DNA of 64,000 nucleotides, from NCBI GenBank assembly GCA_964016885.1, contig OZ024741.1, positions 301,940,001-302,004,000 on the forward strand, written 5' to 3'. The notes under the pieces are model-generated. The model was not told the origin of the DNA, searched no databases, and saw only the letters and a program-made list of their open reading frames with translations. Shown here piece by piece: positions 12,359-25,159 of this stretch. The DNA is from Eledone cirrhosa. Its lineage: Eukaryota. The position numbers and the translations under genes are program-made. Every line of letters starts with the position of its first letter. The first letter of the stretch is position 1.

Positions 12359-12720
12359 TCTATATTATAAAGCTGACGGCCGTATGTATGTAACAAACTT
12401 TTCACCAAACGGCTGGACCAAAAAGCACCAATTTGCACCATAGATGTAACTTTTTCCAAGTAAGAAAGTGAGGGTATTTTTGTCTTCTAAATTTCGTTAA
12501 AAGATTAAAGATATTTTATCGTTTATTTAAATATTCACTTCTTTAAAATTTTCAAATGTCAACACTTCCGGTTATACGACATTCCTCTCTCTTTCTTAGT
12601 CTGTCTTTTTAGATAGATACATAGCTATAACATCGCGCCCTTATAATATGTCTGGCTGTCTGCATTAGATACATAGCTATAACGTCGCACGCTTATAATA
12701 TCTGTCTGTCTGGCTACCTG
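12359..12720 (+). mobile_element. Possible non-autonomous Helitron-like 5' region
   Basis: A|TCTATATTATAAAGCTG...GTATGTATGTAAC...AAACGGCTGGACC resembles invertebrate Helitron 5' ends. An internal ~52-bp tandem duplication lies at 12615-12727. No convincing 3' hairpin-CTAG found. Confidence 0.3.
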
Positions 12721-13429
12721 GCTGCATTGACTTCGCTTCTAACCAACTTTTAATTAATTCAGTGCAAAGATACCGCACGCCCTCTCAATAATTAATTATA
12801 CATATATATAATTAGTAATAATAATAAATGTGAAGACTAAAATCCAAAGAGGGCTCAATAAGGATAAATATATATCAAATATATAAGAACCCTTATCTTC
12901 GCTTTTTTCCGTTCATTGCCAGGGAACGTCTTCACGAACCAAAGTATCGTCTTCCTGTTTTCCTTCGGCTGCAACGTTTTTCGAAATATTTACTTCTGCT
13001 TTCACAGATTGATTTTTTTAGTTTCAGAAGATCCCGTTAAGGGTGAAAGCAGCGATTCTTTGCTTAAACTTTAATCACAAAAACAAAATATAAACAAACG
13101 TATTTATTTCACGAAAGCACAGACGGCCTATCGTCATTGTTACTGCCGATATGCCACCCAAAAGGTCCCAGCCTAGCCGCAAGATCAGTGATAAATCAGT
13201 GATTTATCAATGATAAATAGAAAAGACTATGATATACAAAATAAAAATCAGGAATACGGTTGTGTCAAATAGACTTATAAATGTGTAACAAAAAACATCT
13301 AAATATATAAACATAAAACAGTGTCGCGTGAACTAAGGGAATATATTGTAGGCTAAGGGTAATTAAATACACATTAACTTCGGCAAGCAATGGACCCAAG
13401 GCGTAAGGTCAGATCTATATATAAAGGGA

Positions 13430-13750
13430 AGGCGCGTGGCTTTGTAGTTAGGGTATTCGGCTCAAAATTGTATGGTCGTGAGTTCGGTTCCCGGTGGCGC
13501 ACTGTGTCATTGAGCAAGACACTTTATTTCACATTGCTCCAGTCCACACAGCTGGCAAAAATGAGTTGTACCTTTAATTCAAAAGGCCAGTCTTGTCATA
13601 TTCTGTGTCACACTGAATCTCCCTGAGAATTACGTTATAAGTATGCGTGTTTGTAGAATGCTCAGGCACTTGCACGTTAATTTCAAGAGTAGGCTGTTCC
13701 GTTGATCGTATCACTTGGAATACGAGTCGTCGTAACCGACGAAGTGCCGC
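13430..13750 (+). mobile_element. tRNA-derived SINE (family B, CORE/V-like central domain)
   Basis: A-box TGGCTTTGTAGTTAGG, B-box GAGTTCGGTTCC, then TGTGTCATTGAGCAAGACACTTTA. Related copies at ~20740-20965(-), ~21255-21500(+) and ~43570-43830(+). Confidence 0.8.
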
Positions 13751-14403
13751 TACATATACAATGCAAATAGAGAGGGATGAAAAAATAAATTTCGGAGTCG
13801 TTGAATAACGAACAGGAATAACAATTACTTTGGTCTAAATTATCTACAGCCAAGGCGGAACGGTTCAATGTAGATTATGTAATATGGAATTATTCCATAT
13901 TTTACAATGTAACAATAACTGATTAAATAAAAAGATAGAGCGCACAATATTTGGTCGACATAAATGTGCCAACACGTCCATAAACTACAAACCGCAATAG
14001 ACATGGTGCGATCCACTGTCCTCACAGTTTATATATAAATTCTACATCTTCCAGACTTCTGATGCTTGAAAATATGGCGCCAGTAAAGAACATTAACTAG
14101 CCTTATCTCACACACACACATAGTCTTCTTATCTATCACCGTTCTCAACAGTACCATAAATAAAGAAACCACATCAAAGGACGAATATAATATGCCAAAG
14201 CAAACTAGAACTCTTAACCAATCAGCTATCTACCACTGCTTCAACGATACCATAAATAAACCACTTGTCTGACATCAAAGGACGAACTATTAAGCAATCA
14301 GCTGTAAGTGAAGCTAACCGCGTATAGCTACACCCACCTAAAACCTGCTAACATGGTCCCTATTTTTTTTCTATTCTTCATTTTTTTGTTTTGTTTTTTT
14401 TCC

Positions 14404-14437
<34 letters not shown>

Positions 14438-14913
14438 GTTATATATATCCAAATGTTATTCCAGTCTTTTATTACCTCTCAAGTGTATAATTTTCTCTCA
14501 GTTTATTTTATTCTTCATCTTGATATTTATGTTATTTGGTATAAAATCGTCGTGTGGCTGATTCCATGATCAGTATTTTCATAATTTGCCTAGTGGCTGC
14601 ATTATTTTGTGTATTTAAAATCGAATTTCACAATAACCAATCAACTATTGACTATAGCGATTTCAAGACATAATTAATTGCATATTAAGCGATGAAACAT
14701 ATGTTAATGCTTGGAATAAAACCCTATTATATCGCTTATCCGTGTTAATCATCCTTTATCTGTTATTAATACTCCAGGATCTACTAACCACCGAACTTTC
14801 CGGAATCGACCCTCTAAGTAAACATCTTGTTGAGTCAACTAACACTGCACTTTGAAATATTCGTCGGTACAGATTACTCGTAACTTGACCTTATATAACC
14901 TTAAACTATATCT

Positions 14914-15000
<87 letters not shown>

Positions 15001-15002
<2 letters not shown>

Positions 15003-15405
15003 AAGAAGTATAAATCAACAGGTTAAAATTAACTTCGTTTATTCATAGTCGCTATTATATATATTTCGGCGATTACCATTATGCAATAGCTATGACCTCA
15101 TCAGACAGCTAGAATTTGAACAGAAAAAAACAGAAAAACAGAAAGATGAAGTAATGCTTACCTCTGTTGATTCGATTCTCATTAGTATGCTACGGGCTGG
15201 AATTTGTTGTTGTTTTGTCAAGGTTCCGGTAGCATTTGCTACCGGATCTTTATTTCATCTTTATGTTTTTCTGGGGGTTTTTTCAGTTCAAATTCTAGCT
15301 ATCTTATAAGGTTATAGCTGTTGCATAACGTTTATCACCGAAATGTATATAACAGCGACTATGAATAAACGAAGTTAATTTTAACCTGTTGACATACTTC
15401 TCATT
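15001..15405. mobile_element. Fold-back Penelope-type element in (TA)n with hammerhead motif
   Basis: About 150-bp inverted arms, flanked by TA repeats. Confidence 0.8.
15051..15109 (-). ncRNA. Minimal type-I hammerhead ribozyme motif
   Basis: Minus strand: GCUGU CUGAUGA ggucauagc...aucgcc GAAA UAUAUA UA AUAGC. The mirror copy at 15298-15356 has a decayed core (CUUAUAA). Confidence 0.75.
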
Positions 15406-16029
15406 TATATATATACTCCTGAGAAAACAGACCTACCTGCGCACTTCGTCAAGTGCTCTACCCTGCATACCCGAATTAATATACATATATTCTCCGCGTT
15501 TAAAAGCCGAAAATTTGGCTTCGTACATTGTTTATATAGAGAAGCGGGAGGACAGATGATAGGTAATTGTAATACGTTTCTGGGAATTGGGATGATCGGA
15601 TAATTGATAACGGAATTTAGATAAATCCTACACAAGTTATGGAAACTTTAAAATGAATTAACTACTGAATTAGTTTACACTTGATTTTGTCTTTTGTATT
15701 TCTGCTTTCTATAAACGTCGAATTGATATCTGTAAAAGCAGACGTTGTAAGGAAAACAAAAACCACATTTCACAAAACAGAATTTAATTAATAATGAACT
15801 GTATTCAACCCCTAGAGAAATGTTTGAACTTGAATTTTATGTGCTTTAATGTGCAATATTGAAATTTTATTGCGCCTGATTTCACATGATATTAATGTTT
15901 CTTTGATTGGTTTGGGATCAAAGTGAAATATGGTTATATTGTATTATTTCCAGTTAGAAGATTAGTTGTGAAAACAGTCGGGAATCAAGAATATGAATTA
16001 CTATATTTTTTTATTTTTAATAAGATTTT

Positions 16030-16102
16030 CTCTTCTTCTTCTTCTTCTTCTTCTTCTTCTTCTTCTTCTTCTTCTTCTTCTTCTTCTTCTTCTTTTTCTT
16101 CT

Positions 16103-16149
<47 letters not shown>

Positions 16150-16197
16150 TTCATCTTCTTCTTCATCTTCATCTTCTTCTTCTTCTTCTTCTTCTTC
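16030..16197. repeat. (CTT/GAA)n microsatellite, tail of the adjacent RTE-like fragment
   Basis: Direct reading. Confidence 0.95.
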
Positions 16198-16390
16198 GTC
16201 GTGGTCGTCGTCGTCGTGGGAGCAGAAACCTCAAACACTCCTTCCAGTTTGTCCTGACGGAAGCAACTGTTTCCAACTGATCTGGCTGGATCCTCAAGCG
16301 AGACCAGCTGAGCTTATGGATTTTATCCAACCATCCTGCTCGGGGTCTACTCGTGGGTCTCTTGCCAGTTGGCTTTGCCTTGTCAAGGAA
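16198..16390 (-). mobile_element. 3' end of a Rex3/RTE-like element
   Basis: Reverse complement resembles 62920-63100 (AKPTGKRPTSRPRAGWLDKI). Confidence 0.7.
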
Positions 16391-17279
16391 AGCTAATATA
16401 ATTTCAAAGTAATAACTTATAAACTAGAGTTTATAAGTTATTAAAAGAATGGCATGCTACGGCACCTCCTTGTACGCTTATATTCTCTGAATGTGTATAT
16501 TTCATCTTGAAATAAGTTACTTAGTTTTACTAGTTTCAGCAGAATACGTTAACAAATACGTCACAAATTTTCAGAAGACTAGCATGCTATGACGAAGATG
16601 AAAGTCAAAACATTCACTGAAATAACATTGTATAGTTACGAACTGTTTTTATAGACCCCTGCGGTTTTTAAAAGGATTAATTTGTGACATAAACTTAATT
16701 TATTTCCTGTTTAACTCACTCTTACGAGACTCAATCTAATAATATTGATTCTTTAGTGTTGCCTCCACTTCCTTCACACTGCCATTCAAGTACTTCATAT
16801 ACATCATTGACAGTATTATCATCAAGAAGTTTAAAAGATTTTATTTCGAAAATTGTTTCTCGTTTTTCTTTCTTTGAATTTGAAATTGAATGTCTGATAA
16901 AGTATTTCGCAAGTTCTTTTCTTTTTAGCATCATTTTCTCACACTGAATCACATTAATTTAAAACACTGTTTCACATATGTTTTCTGTCGACACCATTTT
17001 AATTCCTACACGATGAAACGCAGAGAGAAGAAAGCGTCACTTTCAGAAATGCGATGGTTCAAATATCTTGCTAATAATGCCATTTCTTTATGAACAGGAT
17101 ACAATTGAATAAATCGACACAAGAATATAGCAGTTTTTATTTCACCAGAACTAGATAATGGGTGTGTTTAATCCAAACCAGCAGAATTTAAAATGAATTT
17201 GAAAATATGGAATTAAATAACTTAGGTGTTTCATATCCCGCCAATTTACCATCCGTATTAACGCACCATCGTTGGCATT

Positions 17280-17465
17280 TTTCTACCTTTGGCACAAGGC
17301 CAGCAGTCATCCCAGTGTATTACTGGTACTTTATTTTATCGACCCCGTAAGGATGAAAGGCAAAGTTAACCTCGGCGGGATTTGAACTCAGACCATAAAG
17401 CGCCGTAACTCTTTGCTGCAAAGCATAGCGTCAGACCCTCTACCTATACTGTCAATCCACCGCCC
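17280..17465 (-). mobile_element. tRNA-derived SINE (family A)
   Basis: Complete reverse copy of the 23765-23955 type. Confidence 0.85.
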
Positions 17466-18084
17466 TCTATGGCATTTTAAATAATGATCATTTCTTATAT
17501 TTACTCAATACCTCAGTTAGATAGGTATATATTCTACTGAATCTACAGTATGATCTATAATGATTTTATATACTCTTCAGAAGCAATGTGGCAAGTTGCT
17601 GAAAGGAACATGATGAGCCAAAGCATAATATATTTGATACAAATCAAATAAAAATATGAAATAAGAAAGTAGAAGAAAAAAGAACACAGTGAAGTAAATC
17701 AAAAGATTGAGGATGGCTGGAAGTTACCTGAGAATTTTTTTTTAATCTCAAATATTTTCAGATTTACCATGCATTATCAAGGGCAGTCCATAGGGGGGGG
17801 GGACCTCAGAGAGAAACCTGAGTAATGTCGTGGGTGGTTTTTTTATTTAATTTATTTAATCTGGCATGGTAGTATTTCTAACAATGCATTATGTCAAAAG
17901 AATATCATACAATTTGAACAGTGTAAAACTATTATAGAAGATATCATAAAACAAAGTTTTACAACTATATAACTGTTGCTTATTGTATGAACCACAACAG
18001 TAGAGAAATTCAACTCCCTCCCGTAAGACCGAGTCAGGTACATTAACGTGAATATCATTACAAGCCCCTTCACTCGTGTTCGCC

Positions 18085-18560
18085 CCAACAAATCAAACCT
18101 GATCGTTAAGCGGGCCCTAGCTCGGGTAAATATCCCCTCCGTTCTGGAGCTGACTGGATAATCCAGAATTGATGGGAAGAGACCAGATGGTCTTACCCTT
18201 TTTTTCTGAGTAAGAGGCAAATGTCTCATCTAGGACGCCACAGTCAGTGACTATTTTACTCCCTCCCACATCATGGATGCCACAGTAAATGTGGGGATCA
18301 CTGCTGCCGTTGCCAAATAGAATAAAATCCTAAAATACCGGAAACTATCAAATAACTATTTTTTCAAACCGGTGGCGTTCGAGACGTTTGGTGGAACAGG
18401 GCCGTTGACAGCGAAGTTCTTGTCATCGTTGGCCGCTCACATTACCACGGTGTCACGTGATGTCTCCGAGGGTGGCTGGTTTATTCAGCACCTTAGCCTC
18501 ACCATCACCCGCGGTAATGCTGCAAGCGTGAGGGCTTGCTTCAAAATTTTCTGTCGACAC
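18085..18560 (+). mobile_element. CRE-like RLE non-LTR retrotransposon, degenerate C-terminal fragment
   Basis: KRALARVNIPSVLE...DGKRPDGLTL...RGKCLI.DATV and PVAFETFG..GP...LSLTITRGNAASV, with stops and frameshifts. Confidence 0.75.
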
Positions 18561-18974
18561 TTGTGGTATGTGGCTGATTGTCACACTTGGTGTTGAATTG
18601 ATGTCTGTTTCTGTTTGTTTTTTCTTTCCTTTTCTTTTTTTCTCGCTTTGATCATATATTTTTGTGCATTATATTTGTAAGAGTCCTAGTAATAACTAAT
18701 TGTATTTATTATATGTGTTTATATTTGTGTTTATATTTTCATTCTGTAAGGGAACGGAAGAAAGAGAGGGGTACGGAATCTACACCTAGGTCAAGGTGGT
18801 GTTTCGGCTGTGCCCTGCATACAAAAATGCAAAGGCATTTCCGCGAACAATGGTCAGCGACACCCGCTGCAACAGCCACCCCATCTCGCGGGAATAAGCA
18901 CAAAACCTGCAATTTGGGGGAAATAAAAATTAATTATATTGACCCTAGTGCTTTACTGAACTTTATTTTATTCG

Positions 18975-19437
18975 CCCTTGAAGAATGAAAGGTAGAATTA
19001 ACCTTTGTGAGATTTGAATTCAGAACATAAGAGGCTCTAAAATGCCGCAAAGCATTTTATCTGACGCTCCAATGATTCTGCCAATCGGTCACCCATAGTC
19101 ATGAGATAATAGATTTACCAGTACATTACTGGTACTTTATTTTATCGACCCCGTAAGGATGAAAGGAAAAGTTAACCTCGATGGGATTTGAACTCAGACC
19201 GTAAAGTTCAAATCTCGTCGATAAAATAAAGTACCAGTAATGCACTGGGTAATTGCTGGCCTCGTTCCAGAAGTAGAAACAAATATAATATTACTGGTAA
19301 ATCTATTATTTCATGACTATGGGTGACCGATTGGCAGAATCATTGGAGCGTCGGATAAAATGCTTTGTGGCATTTTAGGGCTTTTTATGTTCTGAATTCA
19401 AATCTCACAAAGGTCAATTCTGCCTTTCATCCTTCTA
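18975..19437. repeat. Inverted duplication built from family-A SINE copies plus flank
   Basis: 18980-19125 is the reverse complement of 19290-19436, including the non-SINE stretch AGTCATGAGATAATAGATTTACCAGTA. A second SINE and its inverted tail lie in the middle. Confidence 0.85.
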
Positions 19438-19438
19438 G

Positions 19439-19795
19439 GAAAGTTCGAAGAGTTGCATAAATTCGACATCATAAAATTCAACTTCGAGAGTAAAGACAGA
19501 CTGATGTCTTTGCTTGTGTTACAAACCTTTTCTGGATACTGAGTTTTTAGCAACTGTTTTGAAAGAATCCCTCGATCAACTTAAGCGGACAAAACCAGCA
19601 GTAAACGGCAATATCTGGGCTACAGCACTTGCAGTTGTTTTCCTCGGAGAAGAATTAACATCACAAAAACATGAATGGGAGTTAATTGTTGATAAAGCTG
19701 TACGTTGACTGAAGACTCAGAATACACAAACAATTGGATTTGATCAAATAATGACTGACGCTTCACACGCGTTGAAAACAAAAGTATACACATAA
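19439..19795 (+). pseudogene. VWA5A: VWA5A-like (VIT/vWA protein) C-terminal exon, disrupted
   Basis: LMSLLVLQTFSGY / FLATVLKESL / IWATALAVVFL...EWELIVDKAVR*LK matches the VWA5A-type C-terminal motifs (LQ..G.W; WATALA..L; EWEL...KA..WL). It has a frameshift near 19535, a TGA at the conserved Trp (19706-19708) and AATAAA at the stop. Confidence 0.65.
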
Positions 19796-20169
19796 ATAAA
19801 TTTTGATCTTGCGATTTAAATCGTTCTTTTAGACCCAGTGAATATTTTTCAAGTAACCATAATATCTAATATCTTCTAAGCAGCTTATTTTAAAATATTT
19901 GAAACCTTGAACCAGAAAAAAACTAACAATAAGATCACTGTTTGCTTATATATTTTCCCCTTAAAAATTAACTATGGAGAGAAATTAATAGTCCATTTAT
20001 TAATATAAGGTTAGAGTAGTATAATCGGAGGAGCGTCGAACAAAATACTTTGCGTCTTTTTGTTAGGTCTCTATAAAGTAATGAGAAATACGGGATACGA
20101 TTTTTTCCTAAAATATGGGTGGCCTTGCGCCCATGCTTGGAATCAATATTAAAGGTACTGACACATAGA

Positions 20170-20177
<8 letters not shown>

Positions 20178-20267
<90 letters not shown>

Positions 20268-20278
20268 GTGCGTGTGTG
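20178..20278. repeat. (TG)n microsatellite
   Basis: Direct reading. Confidence 0.97.
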
Positions 20279-21039
20279 TATGTATGTGTAAAGAAGGGAA
20301 GTTCTTTTTATAGTGATATTAAAAGTTTAAAACTTTCTATTAACTTTTATATATATATATATAGGTGCGTATGTATGTATGAGTGTGTGTATGTGTGTCC
20401 GATTCCAGCTGAATGCTTCTTGTGCGAATTGATATTTAATAAATTTACCATTAAATCTATATAATGGTTTCACCCAGTTCCAAGTGGTTATGAATTCATG
20501 AAAATGCCAGGCTGAAACAAGCTAAACTTAGATCTTATTTATTGAATAAAACATCACATATGTTATAGACTGTAATATATCGTGGTAGAATTACTAAAAT
20601 ATAATATACACATATCAAATCTTCTAAAGAATTTCTCGCATAAGTGAATAGTAAGCATAAACATTTTGCATGTAAAACCATATAAAGTAACTTGGTGTTT
20701 GTATGTGTGTGCGTCTATGTTTGGCCTCCATCAGTTCCAACTAAGTGTGTCCCAGGCGAATCCGTCAACGGAACTGTCTACTCGTGATATTAACATGCAA
20801 GTGGTTCAGCATACCACAGGGAGATTTAAGGTGACCAGGCTGGCTCTTTGAATTACAGGTACAACTCATTCTTTTCCTGTTCTGTTGACTAAAGCAAAGC
20901 GAAATAGTGTCTTGCTCAGAATCGTCAGCCGAACGCCCTCATCTCTAGGCCTCGCGCCTTCACAATTATAGTGAGTGTGTTTCCTTGACAAACATATAAT
21001 CAGCCTAAACCATGCAAATCTGTTCCGTCAAATCTTTAG

Positions 21040-21252
21040 CTTATACACAAATAATTTTGTTTTTCAATACGATGCGTTAGTTAGGGAGGGAACTTATACA
21101 CAAATAATTTTGTTTTTCAATACGATGCGTTAGTTAGGGAGCGAGCTTATACACAAATAATTTTGTTTTTCAATACGATGCGTTAGTTAGGGAGGGAGCT
21201 TATACACAAATAATTTTGTTTTTCAATACGATGCGTTAGTTAGGGAGGGAGC
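21040..21252. repeat. 53-bp minisatellite, 4 copies
   Basis: Unit CTTATACACAAATAATTTTGTTTTTCAATACGATGCGTTAGTTAGGGAGGGAG, near-perfect, no spacers. Confidence 0.95.
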
Positions 21253-21760
21253 TAATATATGCTGGAGTGCAGCCTAGTCGTAATGTTGTGGGTTTGATTC
21301 CTATGCCTTGGGGTGCATTGCGTTCTTAAGTTAAAAAAACATCATTTCATTTTGCCAATCCACTCATCTGAAGATGAGTATTAGCAGCATCTGGTAGAAG
21401 GGTTAATCCTGAAATGCATTCTATCATGTCCAGTGAGTTAATTATATTCTCGTTTGCTTGACGCCAATGAAACCTGGATGAGCGTCGACATGAATGAGAC
21501 ACCGACTTTACTATTATTTTTTTTTATATTTTGTTTTATCTAGTAGAGAAAACGAAGTAATACATTAATAAATGTGGTACATACTTCGTGTAATTCACGT
21601 TTAAGTAAAACAAGAAAATGCATATATTTTTCCCCCAAGTGGTTACAAATTTCAAATTATCTCTAGTAAACATATTTTTCTAGTATATGCATGTATATAA
21701 AATTAAAATTTGAAATTAATACATATATATGTGTGTGTGTATCTATATATTATTCTTATA

Positions 21761-21851
<91 letters not shown>

Positions 21852-22413
21852 TGTGTATGTCTATAATATATATATATATGGGGGGGGCGTGTATGATATA
21901 TACATTTATATATATATACACTCATGAATATATACGTACATACAATCATGCATACATACATAAATACATACATATATACATACATTCGTACACGCATACA
22001 TTAATAATTATTAATTAATTCTATCGTGCAATGCCTGTGCGTGAAGAATATTTTTAAAGTGAGGAAAGACTGTGCACTGAGCCAATCCCACTCTCTGAGC
22101 GACAGTAGCTATAACCCGAAAATAAGAAAAGATCAACATCATCGGTAACTACTGAGCCGCAGGTTTTATGTCGGAGTTAACCCAGTTTCCTGAGATGCCT
22201 TCTCCTAGAAGAATGCTCTGAAAAGGGCTAGGGGTCCTTCACTCCCAGTGGTTTAACTGCGCGATCGGGTATCCAGCCCGACTATTTCTATGTCCCTGCG
22301 CATAAAAAAAAACTCACTTATTGGCACTCATACGTACGACATACACACACGCACACACACACATACATACGCGCGCACACACCAACACTCATGCATACAA
22401 ACAAACATGCACA

Positions 22414-22565
<152 letters not shown>

Positions 22566-22690
22566 GGAGGTGAGTTTTATTGTAGTACAATAAAGCAATG
22601 CAGATATCGGATAAGAAGCACTCTACAGTTTGTAGGACTGGAGTATACATAATATATAAGAACAAAAGATGGTTAAAAGAGTTCCATATA

Positions 22691-22757
22691 TTTTATTATG
22701 CGCATTTCAAAAACAAATATCATCATGCAATAATATTTGTGTTTTCATCAGATAAAA
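22691..22757 (-). ncRNA. Minimal type-I hammerhead ribozyme motif (mirror copy)
   Basis: Reverse complement of 22866-22932, core intact. Confidence 0.82.
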
Positions 22758-22865
22758 CAGGAGGACATGATATGAAGGTTAAAAAACACTTGTGGATAGT
22801 TCATATATTGATTTAAAACTGAACTATCTACAAGTGTTTTTTAACCTTCATATCATGTCCTCCTG

Positions 22866-22932
22866 TTTTATCTGATGAAAACACAAATATTATTGCATGA
22901 TGATATTTGTTTTTGAAATGCGCATAATAAAA
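22866..22932 (+). ncRNA. Minimal type-I hammerhead ribozyme motif
   Basis: UUUUAU CUGAUGA aaacacaaauau...auauuuguuuuu GAAA UGCGCA UA AUAAAA. Confidence 0.85.
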
Positions 22933-22964
22933 TACATGGAACTCTTTTAACCATCTTTTGTTCT

Positions 22965-23013
<49 letters not shown>

Positions 23014-23018
<5 letters not shown>

Positions 23019-23477
23019 AGATTTGAATGGATACAGTTTAGTTGAAAGGAATTTATTGACACGTGTTTCTATAACAGTTTCTATAACAGTTACATAACCT
23101 GAAATTCACTGCCACCAAAAATTCTCATGCTATCAAAAAACCACTCCCTCAACTATTCTTCTAACAACTTCACCCCTCCCTCCTAATATTATCTATAAAA
23201 ACCAAACAGGTCCTCAGTAATATTATTCTGATGAAATGACATTGAAATATTGAATGTCTGCATAACTAATACTTTGTAGATAGCAGCTGTTTTCAGGTTA
23301 TGTAACTGTTATAGAAACACGTGTCAATAAATTCCTTTCAACTAAACTGTATCCATTCAAATCTTTCTATTTTTCTCCGGATTACTTTTGGAACTACAAC
23401 TGGAACCGTCGAGCAAACTCTACGTGAACTGTCAATCTACTGTGTGTAATATTTATATTACAACACAACGGAAAATA

Positions 23478-23481
<4 letters not shown>
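23014..23481 (+). mobile_element. Penelope-type pLTR element with 5' inverted partial copy and 3' tail, in (TA)n
   Basis: 23014-23104 is the inverse of 23290-23369; unique tail to 23481. Confidence 0.8.
23223..23330 (+). ncRNA. Hammerhead ribozyme motif with long stem II
   Basis: UUAUU CUGAUGA [79 nt] GAAA CACGUG UC AAUAA. Confidence 0.7.
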
Positions 23482-23527
<46 letters not shown>

Positions 23528-23764
23528 CCGTCATTACTGATACAAGATTACAAGATTATTTCAACTGTTGACTTTCGAAAGAGTTCGTATAATTGAAGCC
23601 GTTCGTGTTACTGTTCAGTATTATTATAATTGCTTTACAGCATAGAGCTATGGCCCTCCACGCTCCGAGCTCAAATCCTGCCGAGGGCAACCTTGCCTTT
23701 CATCCCCACGGAGTCAACAAAATCGCTGGCTCCGTGCCAAAAGCAGAAAAATTATTATTATTAA

Positions 23765-23960
23765 AGGGCGGTGGATTGGCAGTATCGGTAGGGCGTCGGA
23801 CGCTATGCTTTGACGCATAGAGTTACGGCCCTTGCCTTTCTGAGTTCGAATCCCGCCAAGGTTAACTTTGCCTTTCATCCTTACGGGGTCGATAAAATAA
23901 AGTACCAGTAATGCACTGGGTATTTGCTGGCCTTGTGCCAAAAAGTAGAAACAATTATTA
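23765..23960 (+). mobile_element. Full tRNA-derived SINE (family A; Deu/Nin-like central domain)
   Basis: GGCGGTGGATTGGCAG head, B-box GAGTTCGAATCC, GCCTTTCATCCTTACGGGGTCGATAAAATAAAGTACC, ATT tail. Other copies near 23660, 31410, 31745, 33250-33500, 39380, 46780-46990 and 61150-61350. Confidence 0.88.
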
Positions 23961-24225
23961 AAGTTGTTGTTTTCTTAAGGCGCGACCGCTGGTGATGGTG
24001 ATGGTGGCGGTGGAATGTGGTGGTGATGGTGGTGGCAGTTGATGTTGTTGTGTTGTGTGTGTGTTCTTTTTGGGGTTTTTTTATCGTTTCATGCCGCAGT
24101 TGTAAATGTTGTTCATTTCATTTCATTCTGAAGCTGTTGTTGCTGTAAACATTAGTGCCGGTGTTGTTGTAGATGTTGGGGTTGAAATCTGGTCGTTTGA
24201 CTGAGTGATGTATATATACACACAC

Positions 24226-24329
<104 letters not shown>

Positions 24330-24364
24330 GCGGAGCAAGCAATTATCAAACAATTCTCTAAATA

Positions 24365-24878
24365 AATTAAAAAACGATTTAAATAATCACCAAAAAAGCA
24401 AGGAATTTATCAGGGCAACCAAGTTTCTGGAGAACCTTCCATAATGCATTTCTGTTAACAGTATCGAAAGCTTTTGTCAGATCGACAAAAACCTGATACA
24501 GATCCAAACTTTGTTCCATGCACTTCTCCTGGAGCTGTCTCGCTGAAAATATCATATCAGTGGTGCCGCGTCCAGCACGAAAACCAGATTTACTTTCAGG
24601 AAGAACACAATGTGTAATGTGTGTCAGCAGATGGTCCAGAAGCACCCTACATAAAATCTTTCCTACGTTAGAAAGCAATGTTATACCTCTGTAGTTTCCA
24701 TAATCATTCTTGTTACCCTTTCCCTTGTACAAGACCACCATTACTGCATCTCTCCAGTCCTCAGGAACGGATTCATTAGCCCATATCCTGCCAAACAAAG
24801 AGTGAAGATGTTGCAGAAGTCTCTCACCACCATATTGTAGGAGTTCTGCATGTATGCCATCCATACCTGGAGATACAA
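24365..24878 (-). mobile_element. RTE-BovB-like RT fragment bounded by (CATA)n
   Basis: SPGMDGI.AE, YKGKG.K.DYGNYRGITLLS, LPES.SGFR.GRGT.DMIF..RQLQEK, FVDLTKAFD. Confidence 0.9.
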
Positions 24879-24970
24879 ACATACATACATACATACATAC
24901 ATACATACATACATACATACATACATACATACATACATACATACATACATACATACATACATACATACAT

Positions 24971-25122
24971 ACAGCTCCCTAATGGCTGCGATAGCTGGCA
25001 CCTTCAAAATTTGCAAAACATTCTTGCGATTCAAGGGATGACAATTTCTTTTCTTTTACAACCTTGCCACCAGGAAGGTGGCCGGTCCAAAAAATATACT
25101 CGAAATTAAGAGAAAGAGAAAA
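24971..25122 (+). mobile_element. 3' terminus of the R4-like family seen at 30292-31095, between (CATA)n tracts
   Basis: Near-identical to 30930-31093 apart from a small deletion. Confidence 0.85.
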
Positions 25123-25159
25123 CATACATACATACATACATACATACATGCATACATAC

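Larger units (their letters stand above)
22648..22975. mobile_element. Near-perfect palindromic Penelope-type element with two mirror-image hammerheads
   Basis: Arms of about 155 bp around a short loop at ~22805-22820; flanked by TA repeats. Confidence 0.85.

Noticed and set aside
19706-19708. TGA read-through or alternative genetic code in the VWA5A-like exon
   Set aside because: A single TGG>TGA change plus a nearby frameshift is explained more simply by pseudogenisation.
21040-21252. CRISPR-like array
   Set aside because: Head-to-tail 53-bp units with no unique spacers, in a eukaryotic context; a plain minisatellite.
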